DNA of 64,000 bases from Nitrospirales bacterium (GTDB lineage Bacteria > Nitrospirota > Nitrospiria > Nitrospirales > UBA8639), in contig CBDCWC010000003.1 of assembly GCA_965223295.1 (NCBI GenBank), forward strand, positions 608,001 through 672,000. The letters are read 5' to 3'. Shown here one piece after another: positions 1 to 9,927 of this stretch. A program made the translations under genes and the position numbers. Position 1 is the stretch's first letter; each line of letters opens with the position of its first letter. Below the pieces are notes generated by a model, which saw nothing but the letters and a program-made list of their open reading frames with translations, was not told where the DNA came from and made no database searches.

Positions 1-2085
1 GGACATGCCCAACCCATCGCGTATAGTTCCCATCTCTCTTGTCCCGGATGCAATCAAACCTTCCCTACTCTACGACCCGTTTCTTTTTCTTTTAATCACC
101 CGCTAGGGGCCTGCCCCGAATGCAAGGGATTCGGCAACATCTTACGCTACGATCAGCAATTGATCATTCCCGACCCTGAAAAATCTTTACAGGATGGCGC
201 CATTGAACCCTGGACCAAGCCGTCAAATCTGTGGTGGCAAAAAGAAATGCTTAAAGCCTTCAAAAAGAAACGACTCGACCCGACTACACCCTACAATCAA
301 CTCACCAAAGACGAGCAGGAACTGATTTGGAACGGTGAAGGTCGCATTGAAGGTATTCATGATTTTTTTGAGCACCTGGAAGGGAAGCGCTACAAGATGC
401 ACGTCCGGGTGTTCTTGAGCCGGTATCGCAGCCCTTCTCTCTGCACCAACTGCCAGGGAACCCGCTTACGGCCTGAAGCGCTGTTGGTAAAAATTCATCA
501 GTGCCATATTCATGAAGTCTGTGGGTGGTCACTCGCCGATCTTCACACATGGCTCAAATCTTTACCGCTGAGAGAATTTGAAGATGCCATTGCTACCGAT
601 CTATTGAAAGCATTGCAGTCAAAGCTCTCCTTTCTATTGCGCGTCGGCCTAGACTATCTCACGTTAAACCGGGAAATGCGTACTCTCTCCGGAGGCGAGG
701 CTCAACGCATTCATCTAGCGACCCAACTCGGCAGTCAACTGGTCGGCACACAATATGTCTTAGATGAACCTACGATTGGCCTTCATGCCAGAGATACCGA
801 TGCCATGAGCAAGATTTTGCGAGAATTGTCGGAAAGAGGAAACACCGTTATTGTCGTAGAACATGATCCGCAGATCATTCAGCAAGCCGATTATATTGTC
901 GAGATGGGACCGCAGTCAGGTGATCAAGGTGGACAGGTCGTGTGCGCGGCCCCCTACAAAACCTTTCTCAAGCACCCTCAGGCCCTGACCGCACAATATT
1001 TGCGTGAAAAGCGAACCATTCCCCTTCCTCTGAAACATCGTTTAGGAAACGGAAAGAGCTTACGATTCATTGGTGTACGCGAACAAAATCTTAAAAATCT
1101 CAACGTTAAGATTCCACTTGGGACGCTTATCTGTATCACAGGTCCATCAGGATCAGGAAAAAGCACCTTGGTTGAATCTACCATCTATGCAGCCCTCGCA
1201 CGTTTTTTCAAAATTAGTTCACCTCCGCAACCGCACCTTGAAAACCTGACAGGCACGGAACATCTTCGTACCGTCTGCCTCATTGACCAAGAACCTATCG
1301 GGAAAACTCCGCGTTCCAACCCCATCACCTATCTGAAGGCCTATCAAGACATTCGAACTTTATTTTCGCAATCCCGGGAAGCTCGCGCACATCGACTCAC
1401 CCCCGCACATTTTTCCTTTAATACCGGAAAAGGCCGATGCGCCCAATGCCAGGGGAACGGCTATGAAAAATTAGAAATGTATTTCTTGGCAGATATGTAC
1501 CTACCCTGCGAGCAATGTGAAGGCAAACGATTCAAAGACAAGATTTTACAAGTCCACGTCAAAGGGCATTCTATTCATGACGTACTCAATCTCACCGTCG
1601 ATCAAGCGATTGGCTTTCTCGAAGGTTCCTGTCCTTCAGCCCTCAATGGCTTGCAGATCCTTCAACAACTTGGACTAGGCTATCTCACACTTGGGCAACC
1701 GGCGAACACGCTTTCTGGCGGCGAAACCCAACGGCTCAAGATCGCAAGAGAACTGGCGAATGCCACAAAACGGACGGCCGCAACTCCACGACCCAAGGGC
1801 ACCCTATACATCCTGGATGAACCCACACGAGGCTTACATCTAGAAGACATCACCCATTTACTCGAAGTGTTAAACCAACTGGTCGATGCGGGACATACCG
1901 TGTTAGTCGTGGAACATCATCTCGATATCATCAAATGCGCAGACTGGGTGATTGATCTGGGACCCAGTGGCGGTGAATCCGGCGGCTACATCGTCACGCA
2001 AGGAACCCCGGAAGAAGTAGCAAAAAACCCAAATTCTATTACCGGGAAATACCTGAAATATCTATTCGCTTCAAACAAACAGTAA
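1..2085 (+). CDS. uvrA: Excinuclease ABC subunit A (UvrA), 5'-truncated by window edge
   Basis: Frame is open from position 1 (GHAQP...CPGC...SFNHPLGACPECKG). Two ABC signatures (LSGGEAQR, LSGGETQR), Walker A GPSGSGKS, LDEPT Walker B motifs and CxxC zinc fingers. Confidence 0.93.
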   Translation, partial: GHAQPIAYSSHLSCPGCNQTFPTLRPVSFSFNHPLGACPECKGFGNILRYDQQLIIPDPEKSLQDGAIEPWTKPSNLWWQKEMLKAFKKKRLDPTTPYNQLTKDEQELIWNGEGRIEGIHDFFEHLEGKRYKMHVRVFLSRYRSPSLCTNCQGTRLRPEALLVKIHQCHIHEVCGWSLADLHTWLKSLPLREFEDAIATDLLKALQSKLSFLLRVGLDYLTLNREMRTLSGGEAQRIHLATQLGSQLVGTQYVLDEPTIGLHARDTDAMSKILRELSERGNTVIVVEHDPQIIQQADYIVEMGPQSGDQGGQVVCAAPYKTFLKHPQALTAQYLREKRTIPLPLKHRLGNGKSLRFIGVREQNLKNLNVKIPLGTLICITGPSGSGKSTLVESTIYAALARFFKISSPPQPHLENLTGTEHLRTVCLIDQEPIGKTPRSNPITYLKAYQDIRTLFSQSREARAHRLTPAHFSFNTGKGRCAQCQGNGYEKLEMYFLADMYLPCEQCEGKRFKDKILQVHVKGHSIHDVLNLTVDQAIGFLEGSCPSALNGLQILQQLGLGYLTLGQPANTLSGGETQRLKIARELANATKRTAATPRPKGTLYILDEPTRGLHLEDITHLLEVLNQLVDAGHTVLVVEHHLDIIKCADWVIDLGPSGGESGGYIVTQGTPEEVAKNPNSITGKYLKYLFASNKQ

Positions 2086-2701
2086 ACATAAATGAACGGG
2101 ATACGAGGCTAGAAAAAGCTGCCTCCTTTTCCCATGTCCACCCGTTATTTTTGTTTTTTTGTTTTGATTTTTCGGTTTTAACAACCTCCCATTTTTCTAT
2201 GTACTTTTTACTTGGATTTCCCCATCCTAGTCGGATAAGAGCCACAAGAAAACATACTCCAGAAAAAAGTAACAATTTAAAATGCTGGTTTTCATGGTTT
2301 TCAATTACTACAGAATAGCGTATAGAACAGGGAATAACTAATGAAAAGATGCCTAATCCACCGTATACCAGGAGGACCATAATATTTAGGTTGAACCAAG
2401 CACTCTCAGACATTGGCGCCAGACGCGATTCCCATCCACCATTTTCTTCATGAAATACGCGTAAATAGGTGGCTATTTTTGCATTTGCTCTTCCCGCATA
2501 CCATGTTAATACAGCCATTGAGCTGAGGAATAACCACAAGAGTGAAGTAATTAATGACCATTCGACTACAGCCGTATTTTTCTGGACTGCGTCAAGACCT
2601 AATATTGCAGAAACAAACGTAATACTTGCAGTTAGAATCATGAAACGCCGATTCTGCCATGCAAGGATTTCCTCTCGAAGACTTTCATACTCTGAAGACA
2701 C
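2039..2701 (-). CDS. Hypothetical AT-rich 4-TM membrane protein (cassette-like orphan)
   Basis: 220-aa ORF with GTG start and GAAGGAG RBS; N-terminal EYESLREEI then about four hydrophobic segments. 3' end overlaps uvrA, so the true C-terminus is uncertain. Confidence 0.65.
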   Translation of the reverse strand: MSSEYESLREEILAWQNRRFMILTASITFVSAILGLDAVQKNTAVVEWSLITSLLWLFLSSMAVLTWYAGRANAKIATYLRVFHEENGGWESRLAPMSESAWFNLNIMVLLVYGGLGIFSLVIPCSIRYSVVIENHENQHFKLLLFSGVCFLVALIRLGWGNPSKKYIEKWEVVKTEKSKQKNKNNGWTWEKEAAFSSLVSRSFMFTVCLKRIDISGISR

Positions 2702-2849
2702 AAGACTGCTCCTTCAATCAAAATCTGAGTGCATAATAAACTTTTGGCCGAACCGCATAAAAGACAGACCTACCCATGTCACACGCCTAGGAACTTTCAA
2801 AAAAAAGACATGATCGCAGGATTATGAGGTCTTACGCGGATCCCCTATC

Positions 2850-3010
2850 AACCCATTCACATCGCGTCCAGCAGACGCCTATTTGCTCCGGTTGAGGATA
2901 TAGATGTAGATCATTGTGGTATTGACATCTAGACTGCTGAACGATCTCTGAATAGTTCGAAGCTCATCCCTGTCTTCGAGCAAGTGGGTGGCGAACGAAT
3001 TCGGAAGTCT
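2850..3010 (-). pseudogene. intI: Integron-integrase (IntI-like) C-terminal remnant
   Basis: Minus-strand translation SFATHLLEDRDELRTIQRSFSSLDVNTTMIYIYILNRSK* matches IntI box II / C-terminus (HSFATHLLExGxDIRTIQELLGHxDVxTTMIYTHVLNRG). LLGH is lost, there is a frameshift just upstream, and the N-terminal part is absent. Confidence 0.75.
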
Positions 3011-3093
3011 AGGAATCCTGGACTAAAGGCTTAAATAAGTCAAGAAATTTGAGAGCCAGCTAGAAGTGCCATTTTCACTAACAATATCTTGGT

Positions 3094-3590
3094 TCACAAC
3101 AACATCCGATGATCGACCGCTAGACCCAACGCAAGGAGAAAAATTGGCAGAATTCTCATGTAGGTGCACACATGATTCCACTGCTACCACTTTTTTCGGT
3201 AGAAGAGCCAAGGCTCTGCCGATTCACTTTTGGCCGTTTCGGCCAATCTACTATTGAGGGGTACATTGAAAAGCATTGTAATCCCAAACGGACCCAACAG
3301 ATAGATCACTGCACACGCGAAAAAAACACGCGCCCAAGTAAGCTGAGTTTGAGTACCAATAGGCCCGCAACAATTAGACACAGAATCAGATTCTCCATAA
3401 AGAAGATGAATAATATGAGATTGATGATCGTTTCACTAATCCGCTGCATAGCGAACATGCCATATTACGTCTGCAGGTCATCCAACGCACGCATCACGAA
3501 ATTAGAGAACGCAAACAACAATCCAGTCACCACCCCTGAGAATCCGTAATAGCGATGACGACGATGAATGGAAGATATTCGTTCGTTGAA
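3094..3590 (-). pseudogene. DUF1772 / anthrone oxygenase-family membrane protein pseudogene
   Basis: Pieces SGVVTGLLFAFSNFVMRAL...*...AMQRI, AVIYLLGPFGITMLFNVPLNSRLA and W*QWNHVCT match DUF1772. Internal TAA (3465-3467), TAG (3184-3186) and a frameshift near 3320-3345. Confidence 0.75.
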
Positions 3591-3843
3591 TTAAAAGCTA
3601 GGGAAGAATTTGGAATTTTTGTTACTAGCAACCAACGCAGTGGTTACCGAAAACAGGACATCGCCTCACACTGTCGCACTCAAAACCGAGGGGATCATTG
3701 ATTGATACAGGAAAAATTCTTCATTAAGGGCTGAAAGAAGTCAAGATTGATGCGACCACCTTGGTTGATTTGGTATCGTTTCCCTTCCTGAACAAGAACA
3801 TTCAATTTCCCCTCTCTCGTTTAGCTCAAAGGAGTCACAAGTC

Positions 3844-6294
3844 ATGTCGGATTTTGAAAAGCTGGGGACGTTCTATTTAGGGCGGCCGTATGACCTGGCC
3901 AACAAAACCGCTAAGCCCGGCTTGCTCTTATATGACTCCAAGGATTTGGTGACCCATGCAGTCTGTGTAGGCATGACGGGCAGCGGCAAAACTGGCCTGT
4001 GTATTGGCTTGTTGGAAGAAGCGGCCATCGACAATATTCCGGCGATCATTATTGACCCTAAGGGTGATATCGCAAATCTTCTTCTGACATTTCCGGACTT
4101 AACCGGAAGCGATTTTCTTCCCTGGATCAACCCTGATGACGCCCAGAAAAAAGAACTCACGCCCGAAGCCTACGCGAACAAGGAGGCCGCGAAATGGAAA
4201 GCGGGACTTGAGTCTTGGGGACAAGATGGCGCCAGAATCGCACGCCTTCGAGAAGCTACGGACTTTTTGGTCTATACGCCTGGGAGCACAGCGGGACTTT
4301 CGGTTTCCATTCTCCAATCGTTTTCGGTGCCTTCTCCTAAAATTTTTGAAGATGCCGAACTCCTGGGCGAACGCGTGGCCACGACAGCCACCAGTTTACT
4401 CAATCTCATTGGCGTAGATGCTGATCCCTTGCAAAGCCCTGAACATATTCTGCTGGCCAATATTTTGAAGACCTCCTGGGAAGCTGGACAAGACCTGACG
4501 CTCTCTTCGTTGATCCAATCTATTCAATCTCCACCTTTTTCTAAGTTAGGTGTGATGGACTTGGAGTCGGTGTTCCCCTCAAAAGATCGATTTGCCCTGG
4601 CTATGCGGTTTAACAATTTATTAGGCGCTCCCGGGTTTTCTGCCTGGCTGGAAGGGCAGCCATTGGACATCGATCAGATTCTGTATTCGCCAAGCGGGAA
4701 GCCTCGTATCGCAATTTTTTCTATCGCACATTTGAATGACACGGAACGGATGTTTTTTGTGAGTCTACTCCTCACACAAATGGTGAGTTGGATGCGCACA
4801 CAATCTGGCACGACGAGTCTTCGGGCCCTTCTCTATATGGATGAAGTCTTTGGCTTTTTTCCTCCCACGAAAAATCCACCATCGAAGACTCCGATGCTCA
4901 CAATGCTAAAGCAAGCCCGCGCCTATGGCTTGGGAGTCGTGTTGGCAACACAAAACCCAGTGGACCTGGATTACAAAGGCTTGGGGAATACAGGAACGTG
5001 GTTTATTGGCCGCCTACAAACTGACCGGGATATGGCCCGCGTGCTGGATGGATTAGAGGGTGTAGCGGCCAGCATTGATGGGACTTTTAATCGTCAACAT
5101 ATGGAACAGACTATCGCTGGCCTTGGCAACCGAGTCTTTCTGATGAATAACGTGCATGACGATGGACCGGAAATCTTTGAGACCCGTTGGGTCTTATCCT
5201 ACTTACGAGGGCCATTGACGCGTACACAGATCAAGACCTTGATGGACCCCGTGAAATCCAAGACCATTGAGGAGACAGAGACAGCTACTCAAAAAGGTCT
5301 ACCACCTCAGTCCTTCTCAGCTTCAACTGTAGGAGTCACGAGCCAGCGCCCAGCCTTGCCTCCTGAAATTTCTCAATATTTCCTACCAATCCGTGGCTCA
5401 CGGCCTACAAATTCGAACTTGATCTATGAACCCCGATTATTGGCATCGGCCGAAGTCCACTTTTTGGATGGACGAAGGAAAATTGATGAGTCTCGAGACC
5501 TAACTGTTCTTCTTCCCATCACCAATGACGCAACCCCCGTGGATTGGGATGACGCGACGAATACGGACCTTTTCCCTGATGACCTTGAACGCACTCAAGA
5601 AAAAGGGGGGATTTTTGGGGAATTGCCTGCTCCAGCTAACCAAGTCAAACATTATAAGAAATGGCAGAAGGACTGTATCACCTGGATCTACCGCAACCAA
5701 ACACTCCAGATTTGGAAAAATCCGGCCTTGAAAGTAACCTCGCAATCTGGCGAATCTGAGCGAGACTTTCGGCTTCGCGTTCAACAACTTATGCGTGAAA
5801 CACGAGATGCGAAAACCGAAACCTTGCGGAAAAAGTATGCAAAAAAAATGTCTCGACTGGAAGACCGCATCCGCCGTGCCGAACAAGCTGTGGAACGTGA
5901 AGAGGAGCAAGCCACACAACAAAAATTCCGAACCGTCATTTCCTTAGGCGCCACCGTTCTTTCGGCGTTTTTAGGAAGAAAGGCCGTCAGTCGTTCATCC
6001 ATGGGTAAAGCGGCCAGCACAATCCGCGGCCTCAGTCGCTCACGCAAAGAGAGTCAGGATATCAATCGCGCGGAAGAAAATGTCGAGGCTCTTAAACAAC
6101 AATTAGCGGATCTAGAACTCGAACTCGCACAAGAAACGGAAGAATTAGCTTCTGAATTACAGACTCAATCCGAAACATTGGAATCCATTGCCATCCGGCC
6201 AAAGAAATCAAACATCACCGTAAAACTTTTTGGATTAGGCTGGGTCCCTCATTGGCAAGATTCGCAAGGACAACAAATGCCCGCCTGGAAGTAA
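3844..6294 (+). CDS. HerA/FtsK-superfamily P-loop ATPase (DUF87/DUF853-like) with C-terminal coiled coil
   Basis: THAVCVGMTGSGKT Walker A, IIIDPKGD, LYMDEVFG Walker B, RAYGLGVVLATQNP. Confidence 0.85.
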   Translation: MSDFEKLGTFYLGRPYDLANKTAKPGLLLYDSKDLVTHAVCVGMTGSGKTGLCIGLLEEAAIDNIPAIIIDPKGDIANLLLTFPDLTGSDFLPWINPDDAQKKELTPEAYANKEAAKWKAGLESWGQDGARIARLREATDFLVYTPGSTAGLSVSILQSFSVPSPKIFEDAELLGERVATTATSLLNLIGVDADPLQSPEHILLANILKTSWEAGQDLTLSSLIQSIQSPPFSKLGVMDLESVFPSKDRFALAMRFNNLLGAPGFSAWLEGQPLDIDQILYSPSGKPRIAIFSIAHLNDTERMFFVSLLLTQMVSWMRTQSGTTSLRALLYMDEVFGFFPPTKNPPSKTPMLTMLKQARAYGLGVVLATQNPVDLDYKGLGNTGTWFIGRLQTDRDMARVLDGLEGVAASIDGTFNRQHMEQTIAGLGNRVFLMNNVHDDGPEIFETRWVLSYLRGPLTRTQIKTLMDPVKSKTIEETETATQKGLPPQSFSASTVGVTSQRPALPPEISQYFLPIRGSRPTNSNLIYEPRLLASAEVHFLDGRRKIDESRDLTVLLPITNDATPVDWDDATNTDLFPDDLERTQEKGGIFGELPAPANQVKHYKKWQKDCITWIYRNQTLQIWKNPALKVTSQSGESERDFRLRVQQLMRETRDAKTETLRKKYAKKMSRLEDRIRRAEQAVEREEEQATQQKFRTVISLGATVLSAFLGRKAVSRSSMGKAASTIRGLSRSRKESQDINRAEENVEALKQQLADLELELAQETEELASELQTQSETLESIAIRPKKSNITVKLFGLGWVPHWQDSQGQQMPAWK

Positions 6295-6497
6295 TCATTT
6301 CGCGAATCGCGAACTCCAGAGAAAGACCCTATTTTTTTCTCTGCCCCTTTCCTTTGAGACCATAATCCCGTATCGTATTTCACATACTGCCTAGAAACTA
6401 TTTCTAGTCGGGCTCAAACTCCCTCTCCATTCCGTCAGCATGGAATTCAGACCTCATGTCAGGCGGTTCATCATTCTCTTCAATCGGAGGTATTGCT

Positions 6498-6926
6498 ATG
6501 GAACTCATTCAGCAACTTGTTAGTAGCTTAGGCGTCAATGAAGATCAAGCGAAGGGCGGAGCAGGGCTTCTCTTCAATTTAGCCAAAGAAAAGTTAGGTG
6601 ACGGGGATTTTCAACAAATCGCCAATGCAATCCCTGGGGTGAGCGACCTCTTGGGTGCAGCACCGGCCCCCTCCACCGCAGCTTCTGCAGGTGAAGGCAT
6701 CATGGGCGCACTGGGTGGTGCCGCAGCGGCCTTAGGAGCTGGGGACTTAGGCGACAAAATGGAAGGCCTCGGCAATCTGGCTAATTTAGCGAGCGGGTTT
6801 TCACAACTGGGCCTAAGCTCCGACATGGTTGGGAAGTTTGCTCCTATCGTCTTATCCTTTGTCCAAAATCAGGGCGGCGACGGAATCAAAGGCCTATTGG
6901 AAAAAGTCCTCAGCCCTTCAGCATGA
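6498..6926 (+). CDS. DUF2780 family protein
   Basis: MELIQQLVSSLGVNEDQAKGGAGLLFNLAK...FSQLGLSSDMVGKFAPIVL pattern; GGAGG RBS before ATG 6498. Confidence 0.8.
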   Translation: MELIQQLVSSLGVNEDQAKGGAGLLFNLAKEKLGDGDFQQIANAIPGVSDLLGAAPAPSTAASAGEGIMGALGGAAAALGAGDLGDKMEGLGNLANLASGFSQLGLSSDMVGKFAPIVLSFVQNQGGDGIKGLLEKVLSPSA

Positions 6927-6990
6927 CATGTCGGGGCTTGGCTCTCTTGATCGCGTGATCCCAGTATATTTATTCAACCCGGCATAAAGG

Positions 6991-7692
6991 ATGGTAAAGA
7001 TGGATACTCAGTTTTCTCGAAAACGAATCAGCCCTGTGGCTTCGCTCTTTTTGTGTGCATTGATCATAGCTGGGACTGGTTCCTTAATGGGTTGCCAAAC
7101 AGCTTATTATGCAGGTATGGAAAAAATTGGCTACCATAAACGTGATCTGATGGTCAGCGATGTAGAGAAGGCTCGTGACGCACAGCAGGAAGCCAAAGAA
7201 CAATTCAAATCTGCGCTGGATCGGTTCACAACCGTTCTCAGTGTGAAAGGCGGAGAACTTCAAGAAAAGTACGATACGTTAAATGCGGAATACGAACGGA
7301 GCGAAGCCAAGGCCCAAGCCGTTCGAAATCGAATCGACTCGGTTGAAGATGTCTCTCAAGCCCTCTTTGCCGAATGGGAGGCCGAACTCAAGGAATACTC
7401 TAGCGCAAGTTTACGGCGAGACAGCCAAACCAAGCTTACCCGGACCCGCACACAATATGCCAAACTGATTAAAGCCATGAAGCGGGCAGAAAGTAAAATG
7501 GATCCTGTCCTCGGAAAATTTAAGGACCAGGTCCTCTATCTGAAACATAATCTCAATGCCCAGGCCCTTGCGTCACTCAAAGGGGAACTGGGCGCAGTGG
7601 AAAGTAATATCAATCTCTTGATTAAAGAAATGGAAACCTCCATTCAACAAGCCAACGCCTTTATTTCTACAATGAATAAAGGCAACTCATAA
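6991..7692 (+). CDS. DUF2959 family coiled-coil lipoprotein
   Basis: Lipobox LMGC; YYAGMEKIGYHKRD, EQFKSAL, LFAEWEAEL and VLYLKHNLNAQA motifs. Confidence 0.85.
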   Translation: MVKMDTQFSRKRISPVASLFLCALIIAGTGSLMGCQTAYYAGMEKIGYHKRDLMVSDVEKARDAQQEAKEQFKSALDRFTTVLSVKGGELQEKYDTLNAEYERSEAKAQAVRNRIDSVEDVSQALFAEWEAELKEYSSASLRRDSQTKLTRTRTQYAKLIKAMKRAESKMDPVLGKFKDQVLYLKHNLNAQALASLKGELGAVESNINLLIKEMETSIQQANAFISTMNKGNS

Positions 7693-7723
7693 ATCCACGT
7701 TCCCATCAGAGAGGAGCAACACC

Positions 7724-7975
7724 ATGGGTATTATTTCCTGGATTGTGTTTGGTTTAGTGGCGGGGTTCTTAGCAAAGTTTATTATGCCCGGGAAAGACCC
7801 CGGCGGGATTATTATCACGATTCTCATCGGACTGGTCGGCGGTGTCATTGGAGGATTTATCGGCACAACGCTCGGTTGGGGTGATGTGAACGGATTTGAT
7901 ATTCGAAGCCTCGGCTTGGCAATCGTCGGCGCCTGCATCTTATTATTTGGTTATCGAAAAATAAAAGGGGCTTAG
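7724..7975 (+). CDS. GlsB/YeaQ/YmgE family stress-response membrane protein
   Basis: MGIISWIVFGLVAGFLAKFIMPG...IGLVGGVIGG; GAGGAG RBS. Confidence 0.92.
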   Translation: MGIISWIVFGLVAGFLAKFIMPGKDPGGIIITILIGLVGGVIGGFIGTTLGWGDVNGFDIRSLGLAIVGACILLFGYRKIKGA

Positions 7976-8002
7976 CCGTACGATGTTTTATGAACGGTAG
8001 GT

Positions 8003-8036
8003 TCACCCTCATCCTTACCTTCTCCCTCAAGGAGAA
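8003..8036. repeat. REP-like short palindromic element
   Basis: TCACCCTCATCCTTACCTTCTCCCTCAAGGAGAA; reverse complement resembles 27605-27640 and 28761-28795. Confidence 0.45.
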
Positions 8037-8082
8037 AAGATCTTAAGAGCCTCCAATTGATAGCTCAGAGCCTCTAGTCACT

Positions 8083-8121
8083 GAAGCCTCCTGTTTCTCT
8101 TTCATAGAACAGGGGGCTTTC
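8083..8121 (+). terminator. Putative intrinsic terminator after glsB-like gene
   Basis: AAGCCTCCTGTT...AACAGGGGGCTT stem with a short T tail. Confidence 0.5.
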
Positions 8122-8175
8122 AGCTTACTCTTTCCAACCCCACCTCGCCTCGTTCTCCCTACCTGTGCCTCCTGA

Positions 8176-8349
8176 GAGTCTGTTGAAAAAAGCCACCAGC
8201 GGCGGTCCCTGCCTTCGCCGGGCCTACTTCGCCACAGTGGCTACGATGGCTGGAAGCGGCTTCTGGCATGCGAGCGTTTTTGAACAGACGATCGCCAAGG
8301 GCTTCATGGCGAAATATGGCCTTTGCTATCTTCATGATTCAACACTCCC
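8176..8349 (+). mobile_element. MITE copy 1 (core A + tail ii)
   Basis: Ends GAGTCTGTTGAA / TTCAACACTCCC; homologous to 30022-30209 and 35736-35924; no clear TSD. Confidence 0.8.
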
Positions 8350-8408
8350 CTAGCTGAAACGTCAAAACCATCGTCAATAGAGGGGAAATGTCTCCCTAGA
8401 ATCGGCCA

Positions 8409-8695
8409 TTATCAACATCTGAGCACAATTTCTGTGGACAATTTTTCCAGGACGGTCAATAATCCATTTTTTTATTTTTTTTCGAAAACAAATAGAAAAA
8501 TGAATGTCAAGAATAAACATCATTCTACCTTTAAGACGATGCCAAAAAATTTACACCACAAAATATAGTGGTTTAAAAAAAAATCCATACAATGCCTAAT
8601 TTTTATGCAATTAGCTCATTTGCATGTGAATACTGTAGGAATCGACTGTAGGACTGCCAGAAGACCCCATGTTATCCACAAAATTTGGGGAATAA
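8409..8695. promoter_or_regulatory. AT-rich region with DnaA boxes and an NrdR-box-like palindrome
   Basis: Perfect TTATCCACA at 8672-8680; one-mismatch boxes at 8409-8417, 8433-8441 and ~8625-8633; CACAAAATATAGTG at 8557-8570. Confidence 0.6.
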
Positions 8696-8935
8696 ATTTA
8701 TCTAGATATGGTCTACATTTTGCCCGATTGAAGATACGCATATTTTTGATTTCTTAGAAACAACACTCCCCGAAAAACTACCTTTTTCTCTTCACGGTAT
8801 TTCTCCAGACATCTGAAAAAATCATTCAAAATCAAAGGTATTTTCCCATGGTTTGTTATCTGGGAGATATTCACCCATGTATCTAATTTTCACAGAGAGC
8901 TAATTCTGCTCTTCGGATAGATTTTTTACCTGCAT

Positions 8936-9130
8936 GGGGCTGTTGAAAAAAGCTGCCAGCAGCGTTCTCCCCATTTTTCCGTGCTCACGTCATGCCAGGA
9001 CGATCCGCGCGAAAAAATGGCTGCGGCCTTGCTGGACAGCCTTTTTTGAACCGCCCCGAACCTTTTGATCGCCCTCGGCTTCTTGGAGAACTATGACTCT
9101 TGATATCGTCATTATTATTCAACACTCCCC
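8936..9130 (+). mobile_element. MITE copy 2 (core B + tail ii)
   Basis: GGGGCTGTTGAA...TTCAACACTCCCC flanked by direct repeat TGCAT (8931-8935 / 9131-9135). Confidence 0.85.
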
Positions 9131-9293
9131 TGCATATCTTTTGACAAACAAGAAGCTCCGTCTTTTTTCTAACATGATGGGACTTTGGGTAGTCTACGTT
9201 GACCTTTTTTTTCTATTTTGATACAAAAATTCTAGTTTTTCTTTATTTTCTTGTCTTAATCTTCTTTAAACAGTGGTGTAATTGGAGGGCTTG

Positions 9294-9893
9294 ATGATGT
9301 CCAAACACAGGCAACCACTTTGGACAACACAGCAACCCAGACAAGCATTTTTGACAAGACGGCTTTTCCTAAAATCATCAGTGGCTGGGTTACTAATTGC
9401 CAGCAGTCGATTCCTCTTTCCAGATTCAGCCCCAGGACAGGCACTCCCGGAAGGGCAACTTCGTTTCTATAATGTGAATACGAAAGAACGGCTGGAAGTG
9501 AGGTATCGGAGTCGAGCCGGAGAGTACAATCAATCGGCACTAGATACTTTGAACTACTTTTTACGATGTCCTCACACAAACCAGGTCTGTGAAATAGACT
9601 TGCACTTGTTGGAACAAATCAATCAGATTGAAAAACAGGTGGGGAAAGGGAAAGAAATTCGTATTTATTCAGCGTACCGCTCTCCTTCCTATAATAATTT
9701 GTTGATTCGGCGTGGGCATGGAGCAGCCCCAAAAAGCTTGCATACCATGGGGAAAGCCATTGATTTTTCTATCCCAGGCATTCGACTCTCAACCGTACGT
9801 CGAGCAGCCTTTCACCTCAAACAAGGTGGAGTTGGGTATTATCGCCGCCAAGGCTTCATCCATCTCGATACTGGCCCTGTCCGCTATTGGTAA
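9294..9893 (+). CDS. YcbK/DUF882 family (peptidase M15, MepK-like) Tat-exported protein
   Basis: Tat motif TRRLFLK; SAYRSP, SLHTMGKAID, GGVGYY, FIHLDTGPVRYW. Confidence 0.9.
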   Translation: MMSKHRQPLWTTQQPRQAFLTRRLFLKSSVAGLLIASSRFLFPDSAPGQALPEGQLRFYNVNTKERLEVRYRSRAGEYNQSALDTLNYFLRCPHTNQVCEIDLHLLEQINQIEKQVGKGKEIRIYSAYRSPSYNNLLIRRGHGAAPKSLHTMGKAIDFSIPGIRLSTVRRAAFHLKQGGVGYYRRQGFIHLDTGPVRYW

Positions 9894-9927
9894 GTCTGTT
9901 TGAAAATCATCCCCTATCCGACCAACA

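Noticed and set aside
2088-2150. Inverted repeat AACGGG...CCCGTT as an attC site
   Set aside because: Ends do not fit RYYYAAC/GTTRRRY well; equally explained as a terminator between convergent genes.
3184-3186. In-frame TAG in the DUF1772 sequence as possible stop-codon recoding
   Set aside because: The same gene also has a TAA and a frameshift, and TAG ends normal genes in this window; pseudogenisation is simpler.
2469-3549. Plus-strand ORFs 2469-2813, 3066-3257 and 3172-3549
   Set aside because: Antisense shadows of the minus-strand membrane gene and pseudogene, with no recognisable motifs.
3844-6294. HerA-based anti-phage system
   Set aside because: No adjacent NurA, Sir2, DUF4297 or other effector; the neighbours are envelope/stress genes.
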